From the NCBI GenBank assembly GCA_036676985.1, contig JAKFBU010000027.1:160001-224000 (forward strand): a stretch of DNA of 64,000 nt, written 5' to 3'. This document shows, in pieces, positions 45,488-55,525 of this stretch. Made by a program: the position numbers and the translations under genes. The notes beneath the pieces are model-generated. The model worked only from the letters and a program-made list of their open reading frames with translations, did not search any database and was not told the origin of the DNA. The DNA comes from Candidatus Sericytochromatia bacterium. Lineage in GTDB: Bacteria > Cyanobacteriota > Sericytochromatia > S15B-MN24 > UBA4093. Each line of letters opens with the position of its first letter. The first letter of the stretch is position 1.

Positions 45488-47446
45488 ATGAGCACTTATC
45501 TCGCCCTGTACCGCAAGTGGCGGCCCAAGAACTTCGAAGATCTGGTCGGGCAAGAGCACGTCGCGCGTACCCTCTCGAATGCCATCACGGGCTCCAAGCT
45601 CGCCCACGCCTACCTCTTCACGGGGCCGCGCGGGACCGGCAAGACGTCCACGGCGCGCATCTTCGCCAAGAGCCTCAACTGCGCGTCCGGGCCGACGGTG
45701 CGGCCGTGCGAGACCTGTGCGGCCTGCGAGGGCATCAACCGCGGCAACTTCCCGGACGTCATCGAGATCGACGCCGCCTCGAACCGCGGCGTGGACGACG
45801 CGCGCGATCTGCGCGACCGGGTCCGCTTCGCCCCCACCCACGGGCGCTACAAGGTGTTCATCATCGACGAGGTCCACATGCTCACGAACGAGGCGTTCAA
45901 CGCCTTGCTCAAGACCATCGAGGAGCCTCCCCCCAACCTCGTCTTCATCCTGGCCACCACCGACGTCCACAAGGTCCTGCCGACCATCATCAGCCGCTGC
46001 CAGCGCTTCGACTTCCAGCGCATCGCCTTCACGGACCTGGTGGGCCGCCTCCGCTTCGTCACGGAGCAGGAAGGCTTCAGCCTCGAGACGGCGGGGCTCG
46101 AGGCGATCGCCAAGCGCGCCGACGGCGGTCTGCGCGACGCGCTGAGCCTGCTCGACCAGGTGCGGGCCTGCGCCTCTACCGAGACGATCTCGGCCACGGA
46201 CGTGTTCAACGCGCTCGGCATCGTCTCCAACGAGGCGGTCGTCAACATCGTTCGCTCGATTGCCGACAGCCAGGTCGTTCCGGCCATCGAGGGCCTGCAG
46301 GCCCTGCTGGCCGCGGGCTTCGACCACCACGGCATCATCCGCGAGCTGCTCGAGTTCTTCCGGCACATGATGCTGGTCGGCGTGGCGGGCGATCGCACCC
46401 AGGCCCTCGAGATCCCCGAGGCTCAGCTGACGGCCCTCAAGGAGCTCGCGCCCCGTCTGAGCATGCCCGAGATCCTCTATGCGATGGAGGTGCTGCGGGA
46501 GACCGAGAACCTCCTCAAGGGCTCCAACCAGATGACGGTCTGGCTCGAGATGGCGCTCATCCGTCTCAGCCAGCGCGAGGAGATTCCCTCGGTCACGGAC
46601 CTCATGCGGCGCGTCGCGGCCCTCGAGGAACGGATGTCCGGTGGCCTTCAGCCCGCGCCCGGTCCGCGTCCGACGGCACGCCCCCAACAGGCGCCGCCCG
46701 CGGCCATGTCCCCCGCTCCGGTTTATGCCCAGCCCGCCCCGACCCCGGCCTCCGCGCCGGCGGCTCCGGCAGCGGCGGCTCCTGCCGCGGTTCCGGCGGT
46801 TCCTGACCCTGTCCCGGTCGCCGCCGAGCCGGCTGCGGAGGGCGGGGACGACCTCGTGACCTTCCTCGGAGTGCTCGCCCGGGTGCACCGCAGCACGCAC
46901 AGCCTGCTCGAGCAGCACGGCCTCTATGCCCGTCGCTCCGGCGCCACCCTCACGGTGGGCATCAAGGCGACCATGCGCAGCTTCTTCGAGAAGGCCGACC
47001 GCAAGGTGTACCTGGACAAGGCCGCCGTACAGGCGTTCGGGCCAGGCGTCCACACATCGCTCGCCTTCGAGACGGGGGATACGGCCCGCCCTAAGTTGGC
47101 CGGCGTCTCCCCGGCGCCGGCCGTTCCCACCCCCGTCCCTCCCGCACCGGTCATCCCGACTGCCGTCACGCCCGCGCCGGCCCCAGCGCCTGTTGCAACG
47201 CCCGTCGAGGTGGCCGTTCCCGTGGCGCCCCCTCAGCCCGTCCCCCAGGCCGTGCCGCCAGCGGCACCGCCCGAGCCGCGTGCCGTCCCCCCCGCCACCA
47301 CCACCAGCGAGCCGCCGACGGTCGCTCCGCGAGTCCCGGACCCCTTACCGGCGGCGGATGAGCCGGTTGGTGGCGCCGCGCCCCGGGAGCTGGTGAATCG
47401 CACGGCGGACATCTTCAACGGCCGGGTCATCGAGCCGACGCTCTAA
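45488..47446 (+). CDS. dnaX: DNA polymerase III subunit gamma/tau
   Basis: YRKWRP, GPRGTGKT, Zn Cys cluster, DAASN, IIDEVHML, SRC; Pro/Ala-rich linkers. Confidence 0.97.
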   Translation: MSTYLALYRKWRPKNFEDLVGQEHVARTLSNAITGSKLAHAYLFTGPRGTGKTSTARIFAKSLNCASGPTVRPCETCAACEGINRGNFPDVIEIDAASNRGVDDARDLRDRVRFAPTHGRYKVFIIDEVHMLTNEAFNALLKTIEEPPPNLVFILATTDVHKVLPTIISRCQRFDFQRIAFTDLVGRLRFVTEQEGFSLETAGLEAIAKRADGGLRDALSLLDQVRACASTETISATDVFNALGIVSNEAVVNIVRSIADSQVVPAIEGLQALLAAGFDHHGIIRELLEFFRHMMLVGVAGDRTQALEIPEAQLTALKELAPRLSMPEILYAMEVLRETENLLKGSNQMTVWLEMALIRLSQREEIPSVTDLMRRVAALEERMSGGLQPAPGPRPTARPQQAPPAAMSPAPVYAQPAPTPASAPAAPAAAAPAAVPAVPDPVPVAAEPAAEGGDDLVTFLGVLARVHRSTHSLLEQHGLYARRSGATLTVGIKATMRSFFEKADRKVYLDKAAVQAFGPGVHTSLAFETGDTARPKLAGVSPAPAVPTPVPPAPVIPTAVTPAPAPAPVATPVEVAVPVAPPQPVPQAVPPAAPPEPRAVPPATTTSEPPTVAPRVPDPLPAADEPVGGAAPRELVNRTADIFNGRVIEPTL

Positions 47447-47449
47447 CGC

Positions 47450-48484
47450 ATGGACGCGAAGGAACTGCTGCGAACGATCCCCCTGCGCGTCCGCCTCGCC
47501 ATCGGCGGCGCGCTGGCGCTCCTGATCGTGGGGCTGCTCGCAATGCCGTTCATGCCGGCCGCGCGACCGGGGGCGCCGGCTCGCTACATCACCATCGGAA
47601 ACGACCGCGACCCATACGCGCTCGGCATGATCCTCCAGCGGAAGCGGGTCGTCCGCCATGGCTTCGCCTTTGCGCTGGTGGCGCGCTTTTTGGGCGCCAA
47701 TGAGCGGATCCGGCCCGGCACGTACGCCCTTTCCCCCGGCCAGAGCCCGGCCGAGATCGTGCGGTGGCTGACCGAAGGTCGTGGTCAGGTCCTGCGCCTG
47801 ACGGTTCCCGAGGGCTACTCCATCGGGAAAATTGCCCAACTGCTGGACGCCAAGGGTCTGGCTCGGGGGGCGGTCTTCCGTGACCTGGCCGGGCGTCCCG
47901 AGTACTTCAAGGGTCGGCACCGCTGGCTTTCCGACCTCCCGCCCGGTGCGACGCTCGAAGGTTTCCTGTTCCCGGACACCTACCTCTTCGACGGGGAGCA
48001 GATCGGCGAGGCCGCCCTCATCGAGCAGATGCTCGCGCGCTTCGAATCGGTCATCCGAGCCGAATACCGGAACGCCTCTCGTCCGACCCTTTCCCTGTTC
48101 GAAGCCCTCACGCTCGCCTCCATCATCGAGCTCGAGGCCGTTCGCGCGGAAGAGCGCCCCCTCATCTCGGGTGTCTTCCAGAACCGGCTGAAAATCGGCA
48201 TGCGCTTGGGCTCGGACCCGACCGTGGAGTATGCCCTCGGCCGCCACCAGGGGAGCAAAGGCCTCAGCTACAAGGACGTCAAGGTCGATAGCCCCTACAA
48301 CACCTACCGCTATGCGGGACTCCCTCCCGGGCCCATCGCCAATCCGGGTCTGGCGAGCTTCAAGGCCGCCCTCCACCCGCAAGAGACGGACTACCTGTTT
48401 TTCGTGGCGCGGGGCGACGGCTCGCACGCCTTCACGCGTACCTACCAGGACCACCTCGCGGCCCAGCGGCGGCTTCGTCCATGA
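47450..48484 (+). CDS. mltG: Endolytic transglycosylase
   Basis: TVPEG, LEGFLFPDTY, ASIIE.E, DSPYNTY..GLPPGPIANPG. Confidence 0.93.
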   Translation: MDAKELLRTIPLRVRLAIGGALALLIVGLLAMPFMPAARPGAPARYITIGNDRDPYALGMILQRKRVVRHGFAFALVARFLGANERIRPGTYALSPGQSPAEIVRWLTEGRGQVLRLTVPEGYSIGKIAQLLDAKGLARGAVFRDLAGRPEYFKGRHRWLSDLPPGATLEGFLFPDTYLFDGEQIGEAALIEQMLARFESVIRAEYRNASRPTLSLFEALTLASIIELEAVRAEERPLISGVFQNRLKIGMRLGSDPTVEYALGRHQGSKGLSYKDVKVDSPYNTYRYAGLPPGPIANPGLASFKAALHPQETDYLFFVARGDGSHAFTRTYQDHLAAQRRLRP

Positions 48485-48548
48485 GCCGAGGGTCCGGACC
48501 CTCTTGGTCCTTTGCGTCCGCTCGCCGGAGTGGTAAGATTCATAGGCT

Positions 48549-49091
48549 ATGAACACCGTCTTTGGCTTACTTCGCCCGGACCTTTGGGTCGGCTCGGTCT
48601 CGGAAATCTCGGCCGAACACCTGCAAGCTCATGGGATCCGCGGGCTCATCCTCGATCTGGACGAGACCCTGGTCTCGGCCCTCGAGAACACGCCGTCGCC
48701 GGAGGTCCATGCGTGGATCCGGTCGATGAAGGACGCGTTCGCGATCTACATTCTGTCCAACAACTTCAACGCGGCCCGCGTGCAGCAGGTGGCGGACGAG
48801 CTGGAGGTGCCGTGTGCCTTCCGGGCGGCCAAGCCCCGGAGGCGTGGTTTCCGCGAGGCACTGGCCGCCATGGGCCTGCAGGCCCATGAGGTCGCCATCG
48901 TGGGCGACCAGCTCTTCACCGACGTCCTCGGCGGCAACCGCCTGGGCGCCTACACCATCCTGGCCACGCCCATCGCCCCCGAGCACAAGTCCCACCGCAA
49001 GGTCATGCGCGTGGTCGAGGGCATGTTCATCCGTGACCTCGAGACCATCAAGGGGCATATGCCCACCCGCACCAAGAAGGAGACCCCGTGA
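48549..49091 (+). CDS. YqeG family HAD IIIA phosphatase
   Basis: DLDETL, SNN, A.KP, GDQLFTDV.GGNR.G. Confidence 0.92.
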   Translation: MNTVFGLLRPDLWVGSVSEISAEHLQAHGIRGLILDLDETLVSALENTPSPEVHAWIRSMKDAFAIYILSNNFNAARVQQVADELEVPCAFRAAKPRRRGFREALAAMGLQAHEVAIVGDQLFTDVLGGNRLGAYTILATPIAPEHKSHRKVMRVVEGMFIRDLETIKGHMPTRTKKETP

Positions 49092-49897
49092 GCGAAGCCA
49101 CCCTTGCTACTCCCAAGCTCCCGAACGTGGACCTGGGCCGTCCGCCCGAGTTCGGCATCGTGCTCGGCTCGGGCATCGTCGTCCTCGAGGACCTGGAGGA
49201 CAAGGTCGACATCCCCTACAACGACATCGCGGGGCTGCCCGAGACGACCGTCGCGGGACACGCGGGCGTCCTGACCATCGGGACCATCCCGGGCGGCGCG
49301 CGCGTGGCCATCGCCCGCGGCCGCTTCCACCTCTACGAGGGGCACCCGCTCAGCTCGGCCACCAGCATCGTCCGGCTGTTCGAGGCCATGGGCCTCAAGA
49401 AGATCATCCTGACCAACGCCGCGGGCGGCCTCTGCGGGGACTGGACGCCTGGCGACCTCATGCTCATCGAGGACCAGATCAACCAGATGGGCGCCTTCAA
49501 CGCCGGCATGCGCGACCGCGCGGCCCCGAGCTTCGGCCACACGCCCGCCTATGATCCCGAGTGGACCCGCCGCATGGCCGAGTGGGGGGCGAGCCAGACG
49601 TCGTTCAACCTGCGCCGCGGCGTCTACGTCGGCCTCCTGGGCCCCACCTACGAGACGCCCGCCGAGATCCTCTGGCTCCAGAAGATCGGCGCCCAGGCCG
49701 TCGGCATGTCGACGGTCCCCGAATCGGCCTACGCCACCTCGCGCGGCCTGAAGGTGCTCGGCATCTCCTGCATCACGAACATCGCCGTCACGGCCGAGGC
49801 GCAGGCCGCCACCTCCCACGGCGAGGTGGTGGACGTCGCCAAGATGGCCTCCCAGGCGATGGATCAGGCCTTGCGGGCTGCCTGCCGACTGGCCTAG
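49088..49897 (+). CDS. Purine-nucleoside phosphorylase (trimeric type)
   Basis: VLGSG, GHAG, GRFH.YEG, TNAAGG, GP.YETPAE, GMSTVPE. Confidence 0.93.
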   Translation: MSEATLATPKLPNVDLGRPPEFGIVLGSGIVVLEDLEDKVDIPYNDIAGLPETTVAGHAGVLTIGTIPGGARVAIARGRFHLYEGHPLSSATSIVRLFEAMGLKKIILTNAAGGLCGDWTPGDLMLIEDQINQMGAFNAGMRDRAAPSFGHTPAYDPEWTRRMAEWGASQTSFNLRRGVYVGLLGPTYETPAEILWLQKIGAQAVGMSTVPESAYATSRGLKVLGISCITNIAVTAEAQAATSHGEVVDVAKMASQAMDQALRAACRLA

Positions 49898-52033
49898 ATG
49901 GACCAAAAGCCGCTCCCACGATCTCGGAGCGGCTCCTTAGGCCAGAACGCCTCGGGAGCCCGACCGACCCCCCGGCGCAAGAGCGTTCCCCCCGTTCCTG
50001 CCAAGCAGCCGCTTGGCTGGAAGGGGGTCCTCGCGTTCTTGGCCGGTCAGCTGGTGTTCCTGGCGGCGGGATCCGCAGCCGGCGTCGGGATGGGCCTGAG
50101 CCGCCTGCCGGACGTGGGCTCGCTGCAGGCATGGGTGCCAACGGAATCCACCCAGATCTTCGACACCAAGGGCAAGCTCATCGCGAGCGTGCACGGCGAG
50201 GAGAACCGGGAGGTCGTGCCCCTCGGCGAGATCCCGAAGACCCTCCAGCAGGCGGTCATCGCCGTCGAGGACGATCGCTTCTACGAGCACAACGGCATCA
50301 ACCTGCGGGGCATCGCGCGCGCGGCGCTCGCCGACCTCGCCGAGGGCTCCAAGGTCGAGGGCGGCAGCACCATCACCCAGCAGCTCGCCAAGAACCTCTT
50401 CCTCACCTCCAACAAGAGCATCGCCCGCAAGATCGCCGACGCGTGGCTCGCCATCCAGATCGAACGCCGATACTCCAAGGCGCAGATCCTCGAGATGTAC
50501 CTCAACCAGGTCTACTGGGGCCACAACAGCTACGGCATCCAGGCGGCCACTCGCGTCTACTACGGCAAGAAGACCAAGGACCTGACGCTCGCCGAAAGCG
50601 CCCAGCTGGCCTTTTTGCTGCGCGGACCGGAGCGTTACTCGCCGCACCGCAACCCGGCGCTGGCCGAGCGGGGCCGCCGCGTCGCCCTGGGGCGCATGGT
50701 GGAGGCGGGCTTCATCTCTCAGGCCGAGGCCCAGGCGGCGGCAGCCGAGAAGATCCCCTACGCCAAGCTCCAGACCTTCACCTACCGCGCACCCTACTAC
50801 ACGAGCTTCCTGCTCAACCAGCTCCTGACCCGCTACGGCAGCGACGTGGTCATGCGCGGCGGGCTGCGCGTCCGCTCCACGCTCGATCTCGACGTCCAGC
50901 TGAAGGCCGAGCAGTTGCTCAAGGAGGCGATCGCCACCCACGGCAAACGCCTGCACTTCACCCAGGGCGCCATCGTCGTCCTGGATCCCCGCACCGGCTA
51001 CATCCGGGCCATGGTGGGCGGGGTGGACTACAACGCCTCCAAGTTCAACCGCATCACCCAGGCCCACCGCCAGCCGGGTTCCTCCTTCAAGCCGTTCGTC
51101 TACCTGACGGCCTTTGCGGCGGGGATCTCGCCCGCGACGGTCATGAACGACGCCAAGATGTCGTACAGCGCGGGCAACGGCGAGCTGTGGACGCCCGAGA
51201 ACTTCGGCAACGAGTACTCCGGGGACATGACGCTGCGCAAGGCGCTGGAGCGCTCCAACAACGTCATCGCCGTCAAGCTCCTGAACCGGGTGGGCATCGA
51301 TCCGGTCGTCGAGAATGCGCATCGCCTGGGGATTCAGAGCCCACTCGGCTCGAACCTCTCCCTGGCGCTCGGCAGCTCGGAGGTGAGCCCGCTCGAGCTG
51401 GCGTCCGCGTACGGGGTCTTCGCCGCCGACGGCATGCGTTGCGAGCCGCAGGCCTACAGCGTGGTCGAGGACCGTACCGGACAGGTGATCGAGCGCAACG
51501 ATCCGCGGCCGATCCGGGTCTTCGACGCCGAACCCATCCGCACCCTCAACGACGTCATGTCGGGCGTCGTGAAGTGGGGAACGGGCGCCGGGGCGAACTT
51601 CGGGCGTCCGGCCGCCGGCAAGACGGGCACGACCTCGGACCACCGCGACGCGTGGTTCGTGGGCTACACCCCGGATCTGGTGGCCCTGGTCTGGATCGGC
51701 AATGACGACAACTCCAAGATGCTGGGCGGCACCACCGGAGGCGGCGTCTGCGCGCCGCTGTGGGGCAAGCTCATGAAGTTCGCCCATACCGCCACGCCGT
51801 CCGTCTTCCCCAAGCCGAAGGACATGGCCCCGGCCCGGGCGGCCAAGCCCGCCCAGGCCTCCCGCTCCCAGGAGGTACCGGACTTCTACGTGCCCGGCGG
51901 GGACAATGAACCGGGCAAGAAGCCCAAAGTCGTGCTCCCGGATCCCGAGACGTTCGGCCGCGAGGCCGAGTCGGCGTCCGGCAGCTCGGATGGTGAGCCG
52001 GAACCTTCCCAGATCCTCCAAGACATGCAATAG
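49898..52033 (+). CDS. Class A penicillin-binding protein (PBP1A family)
   Basis: ED.RFYEH.G, GGSTITQQL.KN, SSFK, SNN, KTG. Confidence 0.95.
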   Translation: MDQKPLPRSRSGSLGQNASGARPTPRRKSVPPVPAKQPLGWKGVLAFLAGQLVFLAAGSAAGVGMGLSRLPDVGSLQAWVPTESTQIFDTKGKLIASVHGEENREVVPLGEIPKTLQQAVIAVEDDRFYEHNGINLRGIARAALADLAEGSKVEGGSTITQQLAKNLFLTSNKSIARKIADAWLAIQIERRYSKAQILEMYLNQVYWGHNSYGIQAATRVYYGKKTKDLTLAESAQLAFLLRGPERYSPHRNPALAERGRRVALGRMVEAGFISQAEAQAAAAEKIPYAKLQTFTYRAPYYTSFLLNQLLTRYGSDVVMRGGLRVRSTLDLDVQLKAEQLLKEAIATHGKRLHFTQGAIVVLDPRTGYIRAMVGGVDYNASKFNRITQAHRQPGSSFKPFVYLTAFAAGISPATVMNDAKMSYSAGNGELWTPENFGNEYSGDMTLRKALERSNNVIAVKLLNRVGIDPVVENAHRLGIQSPLGSNLSLALGSSEVSPLELASAYGVFAADGMRCEPQAYSVVEDRTGQVIERNDPRPIRVFDAEPIRTLNDVMSGVVKWGTGAGANFGRPAAGKTGTTSDHRDAWFVGYTPDLVALVWIGNDDNSKMLGGTTGGGVCAPLWGKLMKFAHTATPSVFPKPKDMAPARAAKPAQASRSQEVPDFYVPGGDNEPGKKPKVVLPDPETFGREAESASGSSDGEPEPSQILQDMQ

Positions 52034-52072
52034 TGTCTCGGTGGCCTGGTGGGGCCGAGAGAGGCTGTTCGC

Positions 52073-53074
52073 GTGAAAGACCACTGGTACGTCGCCGCCG
52101 AGTCCTCCGAGCTCAAGGACAAGCCCCTCCCGCGTATGATCGACGGCGAGGCCATCGTGCTGTTTCGCGACGGCTCGGGGCAGGTGGGGGCGCTGCGCGA
52201 TCGCTGCTCGCACCGCAACGTGCAGCTCTCGCGCGGCTGGGTCAAGGACGGCTGCCTGACGTGTCCCTATCACGGCTGGCGCTTTGACGCGGCGGGTCAG
52301 TGCGTCCACATCCCGGCTCTCTGTTCAGACGATCCACTGCCCAAGAAGAGCGCCGTGCCGGACTACCCGGTCATCGAGCAGCAGGGCTACATCTGGGTCT
52401 ATGTCGGCGAGGGCGTTCCGGCCGATCCGCCCTTCACGTTGCCGCACATGGCGGAGCCCGGCTGGGCGTGGGTCCGCCTGAAGGCCCGGGTCCGCAACCA
52501 CGTGGACAACGTCGTGGAGAACTTCATCGATTGTCCGCACACGGGGTTCATCCACGCCGGGCTGTTCCGGAGCGAGCCGGACCACATGGTGGAGACGGTG
52601 GTGCGCACGCGGGCGGACGGCATCGACATCGAGATAGACGAGGAGGCCAAGACCAAGAGCCTGCTCGGGCGGCTGCTCTTGGCGCCGGGCGAGAAGGTGA
52701 CGCACGTGGATTCGTTCCACATGCCCTCCACCGTCGCGGTGCGCTACGCCTTCGGCGAGCGCCGCGAGGTCGTCGGGTACCAGATCTGCACGCCGGTCGA
52801 GGAGTTCGAGACGATGGTCTACGTCCACGTGACGTGGCGGCTGGGGGCGCTCGCGCCGCTCCTCAAGCCGTTCGTGCGGCTGGTGGGCAAGAAGGTGCTG
52901 GAACAGGACCTTTGGATCCTCGAGAACCAGGCCGAGCAGATCCGGCGCTACGGGACGGACTTCTGCTCGACGGGCGCCGACACGGCCAACAACTGGATCC
53001 GCAACTTCAAGCGCCGGGCCCAGGAGGGCGGGAACCAGCCGGGGCTCGAGACGAAGGTGAATTTCAGGTTGTAG
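52073..53074 (+). CDS. Rieske non-heme iron oxygenase alpha subunit (VanA-like)
   Basis: Rieske CSH...CPYHGW; mononuclear Fe site EN..D..H....H; GTG start after GAGAGG. Confidence 0.9.
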   Translation: MKDHWYVAAESSELKDKPLPRMIDGEAIVLFRDGSGQVGALRDRCSHRNVQLSRGWVKDGCLTCPYHGWRFDAAGQCVHIPALCSDDPLPKKSAVPDYPVIEQQGYIWVYVGEGVPADPPFTLPHMAEPGWAWVRLKARVRNHVDNVVENFIDCPHTGFIHAGLFRSEPDHMVETVVRTRADGIDIEIDEEAKTKSLLGRLLLAPGEKVTHVDSFHMPSTVAVRYAFGERREVVGYQICTPVEEFETMVYVHVTWRLGALAPLLKPFVRLVGKKVLEQDLWILENQAEQIRRYGTDFCSTGADTANNWIRNFKRRAQEGGNQPGLETKVNFRL

Positions 53075-53081
53075 AGGTTCT

Positions 53082-53257
53082 AAGGAGAACCCCCCCGGCC
53101 GCCCTCTAGAGGGGGGAGGATCATGGGAGGGTGGAAAGCAAGGCTACTCCAACCGATCAGGGGTATAGAACAGGGCTTCTCCTTAGGATCTTGGCTGAAA
53201 CAAGCGCTCCCAATGGCTTCCCCCCCTCTAGAGGGGGGGGCAGGGGGGGTCCTCCTT
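53082..53257. repeat. Second REP-like inverted doublet (CCCTCTAGAGGG core)
   Basis: aaggagaacccccccggccgccctctagagggggga (from 53082) is the near reverse complement of the copy at 53219-53257. Confidence 0.75.
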
Positions 53258-54262
53258 GTAAAATCCCGTCCCCGCCCATCGCTGGTACTGCCGAATGCTC
53301 GGCTCCAAGAGCCTTCCGGCTGTCGTGAACGTCTCCTCCGGCATCCCCATCGCCTTCTTGGTCAGCAAATCCCGGTCCAGGATGTTCCCCGTCCCCTGGA
53401 GCCGCGTGATCGCGTTGAACCCCAGATCCCGCAGGAAGTAGACTGCGCTCGACGGGATCGGGAAGTCCGACCCGTGCAGCAGCCTCCCGATGTACCGCTC
53501 CACCTTGAAGCGCCTGACCTGCTGGTAACGGACCAGCGAGCAGAAGGCCGACGTGTCCCCGAAGGCGTGGTCGTAGCGCTCCAGCATCCGCCCGAACTCG
53601 TGCGAGTAGTCATAGCCCGGATACATGAAGGATCCCGTGCCGCAGTGACTGAAGATGACCGGGATCCCGCGCTTCAAGAGGGGCTCGTAGAGGGCCGGGT
53701 TCCCGAGGCGCTGCTCCATGCCGGGAAAGGTGTGCTCGCAACCCGAGTGCACGATGACGGGCAACCCCAGCTCGTGAATGGCGTCGATGACCCGCGCATG
53801 GCGCACGGCGTCGAGCTCGAACTTCTGCAAGGGCGCGAGCCACTTCAGGGCGACGGCACTCGGCCCCCAGCGCTCCAGCTCCTCCACGGCGTCCGGCCGA
53901 TCCGGGTTCACGGAGATGACGGGCAGGAGCTTGGGGCTCTTGCGGCACACGGTAAAGAGGTGCGCATTCGGCACCACCAGGTGGCTCTCGGCGGCCCTAA
54001 ACTCGCCGCTCGGGGCGTAGACCCCGTCCATGGCGAACAGGCACGCATAATCCAGCTCCCGCGCCCCCTCCACGGTCCGGGCGACGAAGTCCCCGAAGGC
54101 CTCGTCTTCGCGCCCTCGGGCCGCGCTGCCGCGCATGCCCGTCGCGAGCATCATGGCGTGGAAGGTCAGGCTGCGGCGCATGCGCGGTGAGACGGCGCAG
54201 CCCGTGCCGCCCGCGCCGATGCCCGCCAGGTGCGTGTGGATGTCGATGCGCGTCTGGGTCAT
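53228..54262 (-). CDS. Amidohydrolase family protein
   Basis: DIHTH, VHSG, SHCG, HGSDFP metal ligands. Confidence 0.88.
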   Translation of the reverse strand: MTQTRIDIHTHLAGIGAGGTGCAVSPRMRRSLTFHAMMLATGMRGSAARGREDEAFGDFVARTVEGARELDYACLFAMDGVYAPSGEFRAAESHLVVPNAHLFTVCRKSPKLLPVISVNPDRPDAVEELERWGPSAVALKWLAPLQKFELDAVRHARVIDAIHELGLPVIVHSGCEHTFPGMEQRLGNPALYEPLLKRGIPVIFSHCGTGSFMYPGYDYSHEFGRMLERYDHAFGDTSAFCSLVRYQQVRRFKVERYIGRLLHGSDFPIPSSAVYFLRDLGFNAITRLQGTGNILDRDLLTKKAMGMPEETFTTAGRLLEPSIRQYQRWAGTGFYKEDPPCPPL

Positions 54263-54321
54263 GCCCGCATGCTAACACGCCGCCGCCGGAAAATCCGGCA
54301 GCGGCGCGAGAGGGGGGCTGG

Positions 54322-54723
54322 TTAGCGGTTCTTGAGGTCGTCGATGACCTTCGCCTGCTCGGAGACGGTCGTCTGGAGCCGCTCGAGCACGCCGACCACC
54401 TGGTTCAGCTTGCCTTCGAGGGCATCCTTCTCATCGCGCAGGGCGAGGTACGAGTCCAGGAGCTTCGTCAGGTCGTTCGAGGGAGGCGCCGGCGTCTCCA
54501 GCTCGTCCTCCACCACCGTGTCGAGCGACGGGACGTTGTCGAGGTCCATGTTCCGGCGGAGCGAACGAAGCGACCGCTCGGCCTCGCGCAGGCCCTTGAT
54601 CTGTTCGAAGATGGCCGCGATTTCCGGGGTATCGGCGGTCAGCTGACCCTGCTTGTAGGCATCCCGCAGGTTGCCCCAGGGCGCGCCCTGACCGTTGGGG
54701 GTGAGGTTGGTATCCGAAGCCAT
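54322..54723 (-). CDS. Hypothetical coiled-coil protein
   Basis: AAGGAGG RBS, heptad-like C-terminus, host codon usage. Confidence 0.7.
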   Translation of the reverse strand: MASDTNLTPNGQGAPWGNLRDAYKQGQLTADTPEIAAIFEQIKGLREAERSLRSLRRNMDLDNVPSLDTVVEDELETPAPPSNDLTKLLDSYLALRDEKDALEGKLNQVVGVLERLQTTVSEQAKVIDDLKNR

Positions 54724-54847
54724 GGTCGACCCTCCTTCGAGGACTAGCGAGTCAAGATGTTGCTAAGCCTACGATAGCGCTTTTGTGATCGCGAATCGGT
54801 GACGGATGCACATAACACATGCCCCAAACGGGCAATCGGCTCACCGC

Positions 54848-55525
54848 CTAGCGTATGAGCCCGTACCCGACGTCCTCGAGCACCGCGTCACCCGGCATGA
54901 GGCGCGCATCCTTCTTGCGGCTGACGACCTCGGCCGTGGAGAACCAGGCGTCGGTGGTGGTGACCCGCACGGTGCCGACGGCGAAGGCCTCGGAGCCCGG
55001 CCTGCGGGTGACCTTGAAGACGGCCCCGGCCTCGATGCCGTCCTCGGAGCCCAGGTTGATGAGCACCCGGTCGTCTCGCAGGCCCGTGATCTCGCCCTTC
55101 AAAGGGGCCTGGGTCTTCAGGAAGAGCGTCAGCTTCTTGGCGAGGCCCGGTACGTCCTCACTCGCTCCCGCAAAGCGCAGGGGCTTGGAGGCATCTCCGA
55201 GCTTGAGGTCGTAAAGCCGTCCCGAGAGCTGATAGCCCTGGCTCGCGGCCTCGGTGACGGTGCCGGCGAACACCCAGTCCGATTTCGCCTGCTTGCGCAG
55301 ACGCGTCACCGTCACGTCGAGGGGCTGATCCGTCGCGAACGGAGCCACGGCGGGTCCGATCACGAAGCGGCGGGACGCGCGCATCTCCTGCTCGAGCTGC
55401 GTCAGCAGGGACTTGGCCTGGTCCTTGGGCCCCACGGCGAACGAGACGACCGGAGGCGTCGACGGCAGGGCGGACGCCGGAAGGGCCATGCCCAGGAGCA
55501 AGGAGGCTATCAGCAGGCGCTTCAT
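54848..55525 (-). CDS. Secreted hypothetical protein, FlgT C-terminal-like domain
   Basis: Signal peptide MKRLLIASLLLG..ASA; V.INLG...GI..G..F.V motif; ATGA overlap with upstream gene. Confidence 0.65.
   Translation of the reverse strand: MKRLLIASLLLGMALPASALPSTPPVVSFAVGPKDQAKSLLTQLEQEMRASRRFVIGPAVAPFATDQPLDVTVTRLRKQAKSDWVFAGTVTEAASQGYQLSGRLYDLKLGDASKPLRFAGASEDVPGLAKKLTLFLKTQAPLKGEITGLRDDRVLINLGSEDGIEAGAVFKVTRRPGSEAFAVGTVRVTTTDAWFSTAEVVSRKKDARLMPGDAVLEDVGYGLIR

Noticed and set aside
46640-47400. dnaX programmed frameshift or intein
   Set aside because: No A-rich slippery site or intein motifs; the extra length is Pro/Ala-rich linker
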